DNA of 63,865 nt, counting the filler, from Octopus bimaculoides (Eukaryota): assembly GCF_001194135.2 (NCBI RefSeq). It is 5 parts of 4 records of this genome, joined end to end, with 100 filler letters (N's around TTAATTAATTAA, not from the genome) between each part and the next. Parts side by side here need not be neighbours in the genome. Positions count along the whole stretch, not along the records: positions 23,388 to 52,191 come from NC_068983.1; 4 more parts are not named here. One strand, 5' to 3'. The first letter of the stretch is position 1, and the number at the start of each line of letters is the position of its first letter. The translations under genes and the position numbers were made by a program. A model generated the notes under the pieces. It had not been told where the DNA came from, made no database searches, and saw only the letters and a list, made by a program, of their open reading frames with translations. This document shows, one piece after another, positions 25,332-40,462 of the stretch.

Positions 25332-25479
25332 CAGCAGCAGCAGGTGGAGAAGAAGAAGAAGAAGAAGAAGAAGAAGAAGAAGAAGAAGAAGAAAACGCAA
25401 TGTGACATTAAAGGTGGCGGAGATCAACTAATGTACAGATTAGAGGAGAAACCTTTCAAAGGGTCTATGTTGTTTGAAA

Positions 25480-26160
25480 CCGAACTTATCCATTTGTTGA
25501 TGATTTTGAATAAGAAGTAAGAAAAGATACCAATTGTTACAGAATATGTTATTTGCCTTTCATGGACCATTTAAAAGTAAGGCAAAGATAAAGATCAATC
25601 GGAATGCTTGGGGCAAAACTCGGACAAATCCTCATTAAGGATAATGGGATGACATTTGGCATCGAAGAATGTGCTACGATGGAACTGAAGCATGATTTTT
25701 AAAAATCTTCAATTGGTGTTCTCTGATTGTAGGAGCAGTTATGCCTGTGATAAAAAAAAGAAGCATATAAGATTCTTGGAATACAGCAAAGGGAAATTAA
25801 AAGAATAGAAATAAGAAATACTTTCTATAACTAATAGTTTATTAGAATTGAGAAGATACCAAAAAAATTTTTAATTGAATGCTTAATTATCATACAAGCA
25901 ACAAATTTGAATGTTGTGTCGTTAATAAGGCATAAAGGCATAGAGAGAAACTTATTGAACAGAAGACAGATGAATGGCCATTGACAAGAAGTGGCTCCAA
26001 ATGAACGAAATCATGAACTCTAAGACCGTTTACATTAGAAAGGAACAGAAAGTGAAGAAGGTTAGTGACTGTTGAAGAGGTTGAAAGATTAAAGAAAACA
26101 ACTTTAGCGTTTTACATAAAAGAGAAGGAAGCTCTGAAGAAGTTAGTAGGAACGGTGTGA
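25480..26160 (+). mobile_element. Degenerate R4/Dong-like non-LTR RT fragment
   Basis: LIHLLM.D, KDNGMTFGIEECATMELKH, AYKILGI; preceded by (GTA)n(GAA)n. Confidence 0.6.
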
Positions 26161-26187
26161 TTAACATATTGTGTGGAATGCACATGT

Positions 26188-26563
26188 GGAAGCGCAATGG
26201 CCCAGTGGTTAGTGCAGCGGACTCGCAGTCATAGGATCGCGGTTTCGATTCCCAGACCGGGCGTTGTGAGTGTTTATTGAGCGAAAACACCTAAAAGCTC
26301 CCCGAGGCTCCGGCAGGGGATGGTGGCGAACCCTGCTGTACTCTTTCACCACAACTTTCTCTTACTTCCTGTTTCTGTTGTGCCTGTAATTCAAAGGATC
26401 AGCCTTGTCACACTGTGTCACGCTGAATACCCCCGAGAATTACGTTAAGGGTACACGTGTCTGTGGAGTGCTCAGCCACTTGCACGTTAATTTCACGAGC
26501 AGGCTGTTCCGTTGATCGGATCAACTGGAACCCTCGACGTCGTAAGCTACGAGTGCCAACAAC
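26188..26563 (+). mobile_element. Full-length tRNA-derived SINE with CpGs intact
   Basis: GCGCAATGGCCCAGTGGTTAG...GGTTTCGATTCCC; 3' domain GGGTACACGTGTCTGTGGAGTGCTCAGCCACTTGCACG shared with 14622 and 33348. Confidence 0.85.
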
Positions 26564-27399
26564 GGAATGCACATGGAAAAGAAAAACAAACTTTAAAAAT
26601 AGAAGATTCAAACTTCGAAAAGTAGCTTTTGGTGTTAATTTAGTTTTCCGGACTATTCTAAAGGTGCAGAAACAGATGTATGGTTTAAAGGGTCGCAATA
26701 GCGTAATTCTAGTTTCTATGTTACATATGGCATTTCGGAAAAGTAGTACTATCCTCCATACCATCGGGTCGAGTGGAGTATTCCGACTAAAATATGGTGG
26801 GAAGAATTGTTTCGGAAGACACTCAAATGCACTATAGCTATTCCTGAGTTGTAAATTTAATTTGCCTCTCGGTATAACACAACCTAAACTTTTGGCACCT
26901 TTAGCAGAGTATACTGTCAGAAGTATGCAAACTAATTTTCCGGCCTCCTTTTTGTTAGTTCCCTTACAGATCCTACAAAATGTTGATACACTCAGCTCGT
27001 TGTCTTCTGTGTATTCCACACAAATTAACACTTTTGACAATCATTTGCTGATTTTGTAATACCACACTACGGTTTTCACTGAAATATTTACTAATTTACT
27101 TGAAAATTATATTTCGTTACATGATACATAAAAATTAATTTTTAAAAGGTATCCAAAACTGTCAAAATATTAGATATTGTATTTTAGATAATATAATTTA
27201 TTGGAATTTTTAACACGCCATACACTTTATGTTGCCATGAATTTCTAGACAAGTTACTTTAAAAAAAAAACATTGCATTTAGCGTTCAAAATAAGAAGTT
27301 ACTTCACCTATAAATTTGTTGAGAAGTTATATACACTCTCACTTCTTAAGGAACAATATAATAAATTTTATACAATATTTAATTAATTTACATCAACTG

Positions 27400-28900
27400 T
27401 GCCTGATGAGCATTTAAACTTGATGTATTGAACGCGATTTCAAACTAAATGAGGGTTCTCATAATTATTTCCATTACATAGAAGTGAAGGTTTGGATATA
27501 AATTCAATTTTGTTTTAGAACTTCGGTGCTATTATTCACACAACTGCACTTAGATAAATTCCTTTGAATTTGAGTTAATAGGAAGAGTAATATATTTCAT
27601 TCGGGCTACCAGAACTATCTATAAACTTAATCTGCTAAATGGGCGAATAAAATTAGACATTCCGTTATCTTCTACAATAACAAATTTATAAATATTTAAA
27701 TATTTTTCATTCGAACATCGTATCATTATTCTCAAACCAAATGGTAAATTTAAACATCATTTGTCTGGAAAAGTATTACCCAGCAAGATATATTGTCTAG
27801 TGTAAGGAAGGAGAAAATTAAGAGGTATGCTCAGTCAATTCTTTTTGATGAGATAAGCAAAGAGAAATAAACTATTATAAACTACCAAAGGTACATTGCA
27901 ACTGTCATGGTTTACTGTTCATATTGCTTCGAGAAAATAGATCAGAAGCTAGTCAGAAATTGAAAAAATATCTTTAATTAAAGAGACAGTCGTGTTATAC
28001 CGCAGCCTAACGATATTTTTCTTGACAGCATCGTGTTAAGGCACAAGCTCACAAACTTGTTGGGTGGAAGATGATAAAATATTTGTCCGTTACTTACTTT
28101 ATTGAGCTTGGACAGAGTTCCAAGTATAGCTGATATATAAGAAATGAACTCAACAAGCCTGGATGTCTCTAACATGTTACTCAGGCTATCAACCCCTTCG
28201 CTTTGTATCATGAATCTCAAGCCAATCATAAGTGCCGTCATTCAAGGTTTTCCTACTGATCTTCAAATTGAACATTCATGGCCTCAGTCTCATTGTTCTA
28301 GGAAATAATGCGAATGACTACTTTCCTTCTGTCAACGTAAAGCAGTGAAACTTTTATGAAAATATAAAAGTGCTAAAGCGTACTTATAAAGTAATAGCTT
28401 ATTTCATCACATAAAAGATAGTATTTAGTTGTTATTTTTTTAATGTTTTGTGATTGTAGGAAGCACAGTAGAAGAAAAATTATATACCTACTGAATCGAA
28501 ACCCCGAATATGTTTTCGGTGGAAGTTCACCATTTGCAAATCTGATTCTTTATAAAGGTATATAAGCTGCAATATTAGGTTGTTTCACATGAAATGTATT
28601 TGAAAGGTAACAGTAAAATGTTTCAAAAGTATTAGAGATCTGGTTTATTTAATCAAATTATGATCTATGTTCATTTATGACGTTTACCCATATTCTATCC
28701 TTTAAAAAATTCATCTTTTGCTCTGATAAACTCTCCGAATGCTTCAATTACCTCTTCTCTATTTAAGAATGTTTTATTGCTTATGAAAAGCTCAAAATGC
28801 TTAGATAAGTGATGTGCAGTAGGAGGGATATCAAGGGAAAGGGGGAAATCTCATAATTCAGGCTTTGAAACTTTTGTTCTCGGATTTTGTTTAACCAAAG
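27400..28900 (-). pseudogene. Highly decayed hAT (Buster/Charlie-like) transposase remnant
   Basis: LVEFISYISAILGTLSKLNKVSNG (like LAYLxDIFxxLNxLNxxLQG) in ORF 27978-28241; upstream AFGEFIR and LLYFH...GK; downstream LCE. Confidence 0.4.
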
Positions 28901-31900
28901 CATTTAATCCATCTTGCCGAATAATTGATTTTGGCCTATCCTTTGGTTTATTTTCAAAGGCCCTCATTACATTCTGCAGAGCTTCTGCCGCAGAGTGACC
29001 TAGTTTCTACTCATACGAGAAAATTGCTCAACATATAGTTTGGTAGTTATCATTTTCGTAAGGTCTGTGGATACGAATTTTGTATACCAATAATCTTGGG
29101 AAGGGAAAAGAGTTAAGATTAAATGCAAGGTATACATAATTGAGTTTTTAAATGATTGAAATAACAAGTAATTACAAATGCGACATTTCATGTGAAACAG
29201 CCTAATATCTTATTTGCAAGGCTCTCTTAAGTTTCATAACATTTGCAGCAAACATATTTCACTAGAAGGTAGCAATACAATACAACACAAAATACAAAAT
29301 GTAGCAATAAAATAGCAATGCAAAGCCTATCTTTAAGGCGCAACTGAAATGATGAGGGAAATTTGATTTGGTTGCAGACTAATTCCGTACAATATCTAGA
29401 TCTACAAAAAGCCAGTATCTCAGAGACGGTGATAGACAGTCGGAATATCACCGGTTCTTGCCTTGTTACTTAAAGTCTTTTTGCATTAACTCTCAATACC
29501 TTAATTGTAACTTGTTATAAGCATTAACTGGTAATGTAAAACGCACGTTCTGAATTGCTTTATGAATATAGATAAGTGAACTTTGTTGTAGTCATGAGGG
29601 TAATAACTTTCATTTGGTTGAGATTATAGAAATATTTCTTTCATGATTCATTTAGTAGTAAGTTTTTATAACTTAATCATATTCTTAAACGCTGTTTAAA
29701 TTCGATTGATTAAAGATCTATTAAAGATTTCAATATAACAATGTTCTTTTGTTTGTTTGTATTTTATAGTATAACGTTTGTAAGAGGTAGGACGAGCATA
29801 GGCTGGTGAAATCTCTGCATTCTTGTATATGCAAAGTAACGTATGCAGGAAAACGTGGACACAGAGGAATTTGGGGAAATCAAGAGTTTGAGGGAAGAAA
29901 TCACAAGTAAAGTGTTTAGACTCGCATCTGGAAAATGTAAGATAGTACCAGCTATGAGAAGAATTAAATGCATAAGTGTAAGTCTACGTTGTTATCTCGC
30001 ATAGTATTAAAAGCAGGAAAAAAAAATAATGCGTCTGTAAAACAAAGTGATGAGTGTCTTTGATGTGCGATTCTTCTAAATGTAATCTAATACGATGGAC
30101 TGCATATCTGTAGCATTGCTTAATATATGTAAGTAGCAATCTCGTTACACTGTGAGGTATCTACACATAACAGGAAGGAATATGAAGAGGAAACTTTATC
30201 TATCATTCAATGATTTTCGATAAATAAAGCCATATTTGCTAAACCAAAATGGAGTGCTTCTCAAGATAGGTTTTGAAGATAAGATAGTGCTTTGAAGGAA
30301 ATACTTTGACTATGATCAGTGTAGAAATCGAAGTAAATTAAGAAGGAAGCATGCTGGATTTTCAGTTAGACTGCTAGTTATTGCGAAAAGGCAATGGATA
30401 GCATAAGGGTAGTGTTATTTGAGAAGAGATATGTATATTTCCCCTGAATAACTTTAAACGGTTTACAAGCGGACAAAATATCAAACGGTCTGTGAATTGA
30501 AAGCAGGAGTTGAATTAAATTACATATAAATTTTTGTGTTGGGGGTGCGTACGCGTGTATCTGTGTGATGTAAAAGTAGAGTTAAACGCTACATTTGGCG
30601 TAAACTCCAGAGTACTCAATACGGAATCTCAGAGAAACTGCTAAGTCATGAGATATATGTAGTGCTCGTAATTACTTTCGCGTCTTTGTATCCTCGCATT
30701 GCGATCTTCAGTAATAAAGAGCAGTTCATAAAATTATGATGCATTCTATTCTTTGGAAATGTATTATAATATTAGAGCTTTAGGATTCTGTTGACTAAAA
30801 ACCAAAAGTTGTCCTCTTTTGAGTTCAAATTCCGTTGAGTTCAACTTTGTTTTTTCCTTTTGGATTAAATAAATAAATTACCGGTTNNNNNNNNNNNNNN
30901 NNNNNNNNNNNNNNNNNNNNNNNNNNNNNNNNNNNNNNNNNNNNNNNNNNNNNNNNNNNNNNNNNNNNNNNNNNNNNNNNNNNNNNNNNNNNNNNNNNNN
31001 NNNNNNNNNNNNNNNNNNNNNNTCTCTCTCTCTCTCTCTCTCTTTCCAGAATAGTACTTACAATTTAAATCTCCAGCCGTGTCGTGTTATTGTTTCTGCC
31101 TGACGATAACTGCATTATGGACACATACATCTATGGAATACTCAACTGTTTAAACCTTACATGTGCAGAAATTCAGTTGGCAATTCAGGACTGACTGAAA
31201 AATCACTATTTATCTCATCAAAAATGTGAATAATTATTGTAAGCGCATTATGTAGTCAACTGTTATTAACTTTAAATTAGATTTCACCTGTTACCACTTC
31301 AATTTAACAAGTACAATTAATATACACAATTGGAAATATAAATTTCTGAAGACGCATTTACTTGCGGCTAGGTATTTTTCAACTTGGCTATGAACATAAT
31401 AGAATTATCCCCTTACACAAAGCTTTCTGGAATTTTATTCAGTTGCTCAATATTTATGCCAGAGGTTAAATGATTTGCATTTAAATGATGTATTTGAAAA
31501 GTTCATTATTTTCTTAGGAAGATTTGTCTAATATTTATAATTAATTTGTCATTGGGTTCTTCAACTACAAGTGCTACATTTGCAAAACACAGAGATTACA
31601 TTTGACAAAACATTTTGCTGTAAAATTGTGCTTATTGTGTCTACGGAGGGTCATTACTCCAATAATAATTACACACACACTGGTTGAAAATCACTTTTTT
31701 TATTGATAGTTAATTTGTTTTTATATCTAACCAACTAACTAATCGAATATTTATTTAAATTGCTGGTTAAAGAAAATATCAGCTGTTTGTTAGTCATTTC
31801 GTCGCTAACCGTACCTCTTCAATGACATGCCATCTCTCTTCAATGTCTGCCCTGAGTTTATCTGAGAAGTATTTCTATCTCTATGTGTGTCTATGACTCT

Positions 31901-31949
31901 ATATGTGTTTGTAGATCTGTCTTTGCTTACAAAAGACGGTAAAGGTGAG

Positions 31950-33200
<1,251 letters not shown>

Positions 33201-33347
33201 ATTTACATCTTATTTTCACGAATGTTTTCTTTTTTCAATCTCTGTTAGACAATCTATTCTACTGACTTTCTTATATGTAACATACTTCGGTGGTAATTCT
33301 GTGACACACTTTTCATCCGTATTCAGCTGTAACACGTTGTATACTCC

Positions 33348-33668
33348 GGAGGCGCGTGGTTTAGTGGTTAGTGTATTCTGTTCACAATCGTAAAGCCGAG
33401 GGGTCAGTTTCCAGCGGCGCGTTGTGTCCTTGAGCAAGACACTTTATTTCACTTTGTTCCAGTCCACTAAGCTGGCAAAGATGAGTAGTAACTGTATTTC
33501 AAAGGGCCAGCAGTATCACATACTGTGCTACGCTAAATCTCTCTGTGAACTACGTTAAGAGTACACATGTTTGTGGAGTGCTCAGCCACTTGCACATTCA
33601 TTTCACAAGTAGGCTGTTCTCTTGATCAGATTAACTGGAACCCTCGTAGTCGTAACCGATGGAGTGTC
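33348..33668 (+). mobile_element. Full-length CORE-type SINE
   Basis: GGAGGCGCGTGGTTTAGTGGTTAG...TTGTGTCCTTGAGCAAGACACTTTATTTCAC...GGAACCCTCGTAGTCGTAACCGATGGAGTG. Confidence 0.85.
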
Positions 33669-33689
33669 ATATATATATATATACTCTGA

Positions 33690-34130
33690 AGGTATTCTTT
33701 ACTGTGTATCGGTGTCAAAGTTGTCCGGTGGCTTACAATCCGACATAACAATCCCATCAATGTTGTTTGAGTAATCTGCCTTGGGTTTTATCATGTTGTA
33801 ATCGTTGGTGTTGTCCAATCCACTTTAGCTTATTGCTAAAGTGTCTTGCAGGCATCGCTTATGTCTCGGTACTCATGTTGAATGACGTCCATGAGTTTTG
33901 ATTTTTCATACGATGTAATGGTATTCCTCAGTTCATTTTTTTGTTATTGTCTAATTTCCGCGTGTATATTCTTTTTAATGTTTGACAATGTCATGCGTTT
34001 TAATTTTCCCACCTGGTATTCCGCAAGTAAAAGCGGTCCAACAGCTGAATTGATGGATTTAGTGTACAAGCTGGATGTGACGCATTCTTTAATGAAGTAT
34101 AAGTGTCGGGTGGTTATTCTGATTTTAGAC
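33690..34130 (-). mobile_element. Possible decayed Penelope-like ORF N-terminal fragment
   Basis: Minus-strand RHLYFIKECVTSSLYTKSI...LLLAEYQ...NIKKNIHAEI loosely resembles PLE N-termini; weak. Confidence 0.25.
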
Positions 34131-34242
34131 AGTGTTTTTCAGCGTCCTGCAAGCTAGACTAGAGCTAATTTTACTACGGTTGTGTATTTGGCTTTCAAAA
34201 CACTTGAATTCATGTGTTGAAACAAATCTTATTGCTCCTTGG

Positions 34243-34480
34243 GCGGGCAATTACGCCAAATAATAATAACACACGCATTGGTTCAATATCACTTCTTTAT
34301 TGTTAGTCATAAATATCTAACCATCTAATTGTATCGGCTGTTTAAGCTGACTGATTGTTTAAACAGCACATTAAACAAACGATTTATTAGTTAGTTGGTT
34401 AGATATTTATCCAATTGACAAACAATAAGATGATATTCAACGAGTGCGTGTGCTATTATTGTTGGCGTCACGAACCTCCC
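34243..34480. mobile_element. Palindromic MITE family; related copies at about 31645-31800 and 61290-61635
   Basis: ATTACGCCAAATAATAATAACACACGCA.../...TGCGTGTGCTATTATTGTTGGCGT terminal inverted repeat; inner ATATCTAACCAACTAACTAAT inverted repeat shared by all three. Confidence 0.7.
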
Positions 34481-34942
34481 AGGACACCACAAGATTTGTT
34501 TCTATACATAAATTCACATCAAGAATCTTGCAAACCAAATACAAAGGTGAAGTATATATTGACTTTATTCTGAATGGATGAAAGGTGAGCTCGACCCAAT
34601 ATTAATCAGATGTTGCAACACAATGAGATACCGAATTACTTTAAAATTGTCATTCCGACATTGCAAACTCTCACCTAACTCAGCACACCTTTTTCTTTAT
34701 AAACAGTAATTTATATCAATTTGTTTTCCTGGTCTGTTTTAATGTATTTTCCCAGTAGGAAATGTAAACAACTTATGAACATAAAAATAATAAAAACTTA
34801 AAACGGGAGTAAAAACGTAAATTGTGCTCAAATATATATATGCGTGTGTATGTATTCACAACATACACACTAACGCAGACTCGCAGTAATACACACACAC
34901 ATATACATACATACTCACATGTGCGCGCACACACACACGCAA

Positions 34943-34974
<32 letters not shown>

Positions 34975-37900
34975 ACACAAACACACACACACATATCTAA
35001 ATGCTAACCACGGTAACCGACTTTGACAAGGTACTAAATAGAGAGAAGCAGTTGTTTATTGCTAAATTAACGGAGTTTAGTTGTACACGTTTTATGTAAT
35101 TCTTCTTATAGGGAATTATATCTGCTCGCACGTCCGCGGGCGCACACGCACAAACACACACATACACACACAAACAGACACACGCAAACTCATACATGAA
35201 TTCATATATATGTGTATGCCGGATGTGTGGAGGCTGTGAAGTGAAAACGAAGTTAGAGCTGTTTTTGCGTAAATTCTAAACAGCTTAACACAAAATCTCG
35301 GAAAAGCGCTTATAGTGCGTAGTATAAAAGGTCAGTACCTATAATTCTTACCGTACCATGGTTACGTGGAAGAATCCAGTAATTAGCACGTAAGAACCAA
35401 CAAGAGTCCTTAAACTTATTTGGACATGTAAAACGCAAGCTCGCAGTTTTCACAACCGTTGCGAAAATTCATTCAAAATCGATGTATTTCAAATCCAGGT
35501 TAGTAACTAGGGACCATTGTACGAAATTCGTGCAGCTTCCCCTTACCTATGCAGGATTTCTATTGAAGTGTTCTCTCTGAAATAAAAATGTCATTAAACC
35601 TCAAATTATATGCTTATATTTAGCTGTCACTCGTAAATATGATCTGGTAGGTAATTGTTTTGGTGCCTATGGATTTGCGAGAAAATCTAGGCATCTTTTC
35701 GACACTTTCACTTTTGACCCAGTGGAACATCGAGAATGTGAGACCTGGGAAGTGAGATGCATTACCAATTGCAGCTATGTGGGCTGAGTAATGTGAAATG
35801 AAAAGTCATACCCCGGGCCACAATGAGCCGCCCGGTTCAAGAATTAAAACCACAACATATCGTGAGCCCCTCCACAGCTAAGTACTAAGCCAAACAAATT
35901 TTATGTTTTAATGTTATCTTTCTCACATTTACGTACATATGTGCGTGCCCATGTTTTTTTCTATTTATTCGTTATAGAATATTAAATGTTCATGTAGTCC
36001 GTTTTCTCAGAGAGAAGTTTCAGATCTCTAATTTGTGAACATACACGATGAAAAAAGATAATTCAGTATGTGTGTATCATACTTAGATTTAGATATTGAT
36101 AATTCGTACTATAAGATAATACATGTATTCTTTTTTAATTTTGATTCATTTGTAGTCTTTTTTTTTTAAATCGCATTAAAATTCCATTAATACGTAGTCA
36201 CTTCCTAAGTTCAAGCGCAACTGTATTCACTTTCACCTGAATCTGTTTGACAATCAAGCTGTTTTTGATCAAATATTCAACATTTTATCCGTATGAAAGC
36301 AATAAGAGAGTGTATTCATATAAAATGCATAGTATATCAAAAGTTAATTAGAAATAAATGACTAAAAGACAATCTCAGTCTAATGTCTAAATAGATCTAT
36401 TTTCCCATGCTATCAAATGTACAATATTGTACATTTAGTAATTTATTTTCATGAGTATTTCGACAACTGCAATAAATGTTATGTTTTGCTGATGAGGTCC
36501 GCATATTACCAAGTCATATACAGATATGTCTCTTGTTATAGTTACAAAATGTATGTTATAAGTTATCGTTTAATATCATTTCAATCTCTACAGAGCTTTG
36601 TAATGCTTCTGCAATCTTACCTATTGTTCCTAATTGAGATATATGTATGCGCATTTTCGTATGATATCAACTCAATTATCATATAGGAATAGGATTAGAA
36701 TATATTTGCAATATTTAGTTACTTTATGATATATGTTCATATCTTACCGACTTAGAAGATGCTGAATTGGTAATATCGTTAGCTTCTCTGACTACATGCC
36801 TTATGAAACTTATTTATATACACCTTTACGTTCTGTACCGCGATCAGTTTAACATTCCCTGCTTTAAGACTCAATAAAATTAAATATCAGCAGAAAGTAC
36901 TGGTTCGAATTATTGATCATAACTTGCCCTAAACATTTCACTATATGTCAGCTTAACCCTCATAAACCATGCCTTTTTTGACATTTTTGTCGATAATTAA
37001 GAAAATAGTGAATACAAAGCTTATCAAATCTATTTATTGTATATCTACGCTATTTTCGATTTACTATATGTATGGAATGTAGCAAAGTTTTAAGGGACAA
37101 ATATAGGAAAATTTAGCGAGTTGTTCCGTACTGTTGACATTAATGCAGCTACACACTAACTGAACATCTTCAGCATCATCATAACAGGAAAATGCGTGCG
37201 TAGATGAAAATGAAAGTACGGATCCAATAACTATTCGCAAAATATTCGTATACTATGTAGTGGCTTTAAAGTAGCTGTTGTGTTATGCCATCATGCTGAT
37301 GAGAAAATTTGACACATTTGGTAATTGCCAACCGCTCGTCTGCCTAAAACTTTCTAATACTTTTGTTCGTAAATCTGTAACGTGTGGGTTCAAAATAGGA
37401 ACACACATAAGACGAAGAGTAGCAGGCTCTGTCACGTATTCTTTAAAGCTTTAACAAACATGTATTGTACAAAAAAGTATTGAGTAATTATTCAGTTTTA
37501 TTGTTAAATTTATATATATATATATATATACATATATACATACACACACACACACACANNNNNNNNNNNNNNNNNNNNNNNNNNNNNNNNNNNNNNNNNN
37601 NNNNNNNNNNNNNNNNNNNNNNNNNNNNNNNNNNNNNNNNNNNNNNNNNNNNNNNNNNNNNNNNNNNNNNNNNNNNNNNNNNNNNNNNNNNNNNNNNNNN
37701 NNNNNNNNNNNNNNNNNNNNNNNNNNNNNNNNNNNNNNNNNNNNNNNNNNNNNNNNNNNNNNNNNNNNNNNNNNNNNNNNNNNNNNNNNNNNNNNNNNNN
37801 NNNNNNNNNNNNNNNNNNNNNNNNNNNNNNNNNNNNNNNNNNNNNNNNNNNNNNNNNNNNNNNNNNNNNNNNNNNNNNNNNNNNNNNNNNNNNNNNNNNN

Positions 37901-38005
37901 NNNNNNNNNNNNNNNNNNNNNNNNNNNNNNNNNNNNNNNNNTATATATATATATATAGTGTTAATTTGCTTCAGCTTCATATTACATTAATCTTAATCTT
38001 ATTTC

Positions 38006-38050
38006 GGCCAGAGTTCTTTCGTCACACTTCTGTGACCTCATCAGTGGTCC
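38006..38050 (-). ncRNA. Minimal type I hammerhead ribozyme (left arm)
   Basis: Reverse complement is GGACCA-CTGATGA-G-GTCAC agaagt GTGAC-GAAA-GAACTC-TGGCC. Confidence 0.7.
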
Positions 38051-38313
38051 TTTGTTTCCTTCTTTCTTATGTGTGTCTCACCTTGCTAACTATCAGCCAT
38101 TTTGTATTTATATATATATAAAGATGACCAGTAAAGTGGACATTTAATGTGCTAGAAATAAACCACATGTCGTGTCTACTAAGACCTAATAGTTCTCAAA
38201 AGAAATTCAGCGAAATACCAAACCGTAAGCGAGCAAGACAGTGAAAATTTATATCAATACAAAATGGCTGATAGTTAGCAAGGTGAGACACACATAAGAA
38301 AGAAGGAAACAAA

Positions 38314-38358
38314 GGACCACTGATGAGGTCACAGAAGTGTGACGAAAGAACTCTGGCC
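38314..38358 (+). ncRNA. Minimal type I hammerhead ribozyme (right arm)
   Basis: CTGATGA 38320-38326; stem II GTCAC/GTGAC; GAAA 38344-38347; CUC site ending at 38353; stem I GGACCA/TGGCC. Confidence 0.7.
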
Positions 38359-38445
38359 GAAATAAGATTAAGATTAATGTAATATAAAGCTGAAGCAAAT
38401 TAACACCAAATATATATATATATATATGTATATATTGCTATTGCT

Positions 38446-39164
38446 GTAAGGTCGGGTGTGATTTGTCGAGGAAGGTTACGCGGTGTCATGTTTTGATGTT
38501 GTTATATGGGTTACAGTTAGTTGGAAAATATTGCATGGAAAATACCACCTTAGTACCATCTACTACACTGCACCGCCTACACCAAGGTCACCGCTACCGA
38601 TCAACCACATAAGTAGGACCGTCTATCTCTAACGGTTACCAATCCTAACGCTTGTTTTCCGCATGTATAAAAGCGCATGCGCATGCGAATGCGTATGTGC
38701 ACGCGCACTGTGGTATGCATGCGTACATGCATGCGACTATGCCTATGTACATATGAATGCGTATATGTGTGTGTATGCGTGTATGTGTATGCATGTGTGC
38801 GTATGTGTGTGTATGTGTGAGCGTATGTGTGCGTATGTGTGTGCGTGTGCGCGCGCGTGTGTGCAGACGTGCGTGTGTGCGCCTGTGTACAGATGCGCAC
38901 ACTCGCATCAATATGCATATGCAGGTAAAACTATATGAGGGCGTCTACACACCCACAAATAGAACTATATACTTGCACATGCCGCCTCTTCCTACCTCCC
39001 ATAACAACCTGACTGATTTCTAATCGGACGTGGTTTATTTTCTGTCCTCCACGTGGTCAATTTCCAGTTCGCCATGCGGTATTTTCCAACTAACTGTTAG
39101 GCATGTACCAATATCAAACCACGATACCACGTGACCATCTTCGACCAGTCGCAGCCCACCTTAC
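38446..39164. mobile_element. MITE with about 100-bp diverged TIRs and a microsatellite-filled interior
   Basis: GTAAGGTCGGG...ACAGTTAGTTGGAAAATATTGCATGG versus CCATGCGGTATTTTCCAACTAACTGT...CCCACCTTAC. Confidence 0.7.
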
Positions 39165-39276
39165 GATAATAACAATCAACTTCTGTCATTCAAATTCAAA
39201 ATGGCTAACAACCAGCATCACGCTTGAAACACAAGCGTAACAACGAATTTTAATCAAACTTCATTGATCCATACAT

Positions 39277-39334
<58 letters not shown>

Positions 39335-39674
39335 ACNNNNNNNNNNNNNNNNNNNNNNNNNNNNNNNNNNNNNNNNNNNNNNNNNNNNNNNNNNNNNNNN
39401 NNNNNNNNNNNNATATATATATATATATATATATATAAAACAATAATAAATGAGTATATGCATATATACGTACAAATATGTGCATACCTGCATCTACCTG
39501 TATATATAGGTGCATATCTGGTTACAGGACGTTGCAGATAAAACGTAGATAAAAAATAATAATAACCAGAGTACAGAAAACACACACGCCGCATAGAGAA
39601 CATTTTCCTTCATCAGCTGCCACCATTCTAACACAGGCATTTCGATATAACTTGATATTGTAACAATTATGAAT

Positions 39675-40360
39675 ATACAAGGTGTTAATTACAAAGTAGA
39701 AAAGATTATTTTCCTTCAAAGTAGGAGCCTCTGATATTAAAGCATTTGTTGTAGTGCTCTATCCACTTCGTGAAGTACCCGTGGAAGTCCTCCAAATTAA
39801 AGGTGCCACATCTTCTGTCAACTGCCTCTCCGCACGTAGGGAACAACCACAGATAAGAGAAAGCAAGGTCTGGACTACAGGGTGGAACAGTTTTGACAGA
39901 GATTGTCAAATAGTAGGTTAAACGGATGAAGTTGTGGACTTTCACATTCTGTTGGTGTTAGTGATCCGGCGCTATGCGACGAAACCTTTCCTGAACTCCC
40001 TCGGAATCTCAACAAAGTACTCTTTATCAACCATCTGACCAGAGAGAAACCACTGGTTATAGATGATGTCCTTCTTGTGGAAAAAGTGGATCATCTGTAA
40101 CCAGTTTAAAGCCTTTCATAAGGTCTTGTAGCGTTTTTGCCCAGTTTAACTCAAAACTTTATATAACATAGTGACCTTCCAAATTGCCTTGACTTCCTGA
40201 CTACCTGCAGCAAACAAGGCGTGCTTAGGAGGGTGTGTTCAAAGTGATGTTACAGCAGTCTCCTTCGATCTGGAATTACCAAAGTTGACCGGTCTGTTTA
40301 AAAATGATAAACTAAAATTACAATTATGCTTCTGATGAGAAAGTCTAAGAACTTCTGGAA
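39675..40360 (-). mobile_element. Decayed mariner transposon
   Basis: ORF 39706-39945: PPCSPDLAFSYLWLFP (YSPDLAP motif) ... FTKWIEHYNKCFNIRGSYFEGK. Confidence 0.8.
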
Positions 40361-40386
40361 TGCATGTCGCATGTGAGTGTTTGTGT

Positions 40387-40462
<76 letters not shown>

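Larger units (their letters stand above)
37958..38406. mobile_element. Inverted pair of 151-bp Penelope-like terminal repeats, each with a hammerhead, embedded in (TA)n
   Basis: 37958-38108 equals the reverse complement of 38256-38406 apart from one mismatch that I noticed. Confidence 0.8.

Noticed and set aside
30665-30720. Minus-strand CTGAAGA...GAAA-GTAATTAC as a hammerhead
   Set aside because: Stem II does not close next to GAAA, and there is no correctly placed NUH site.
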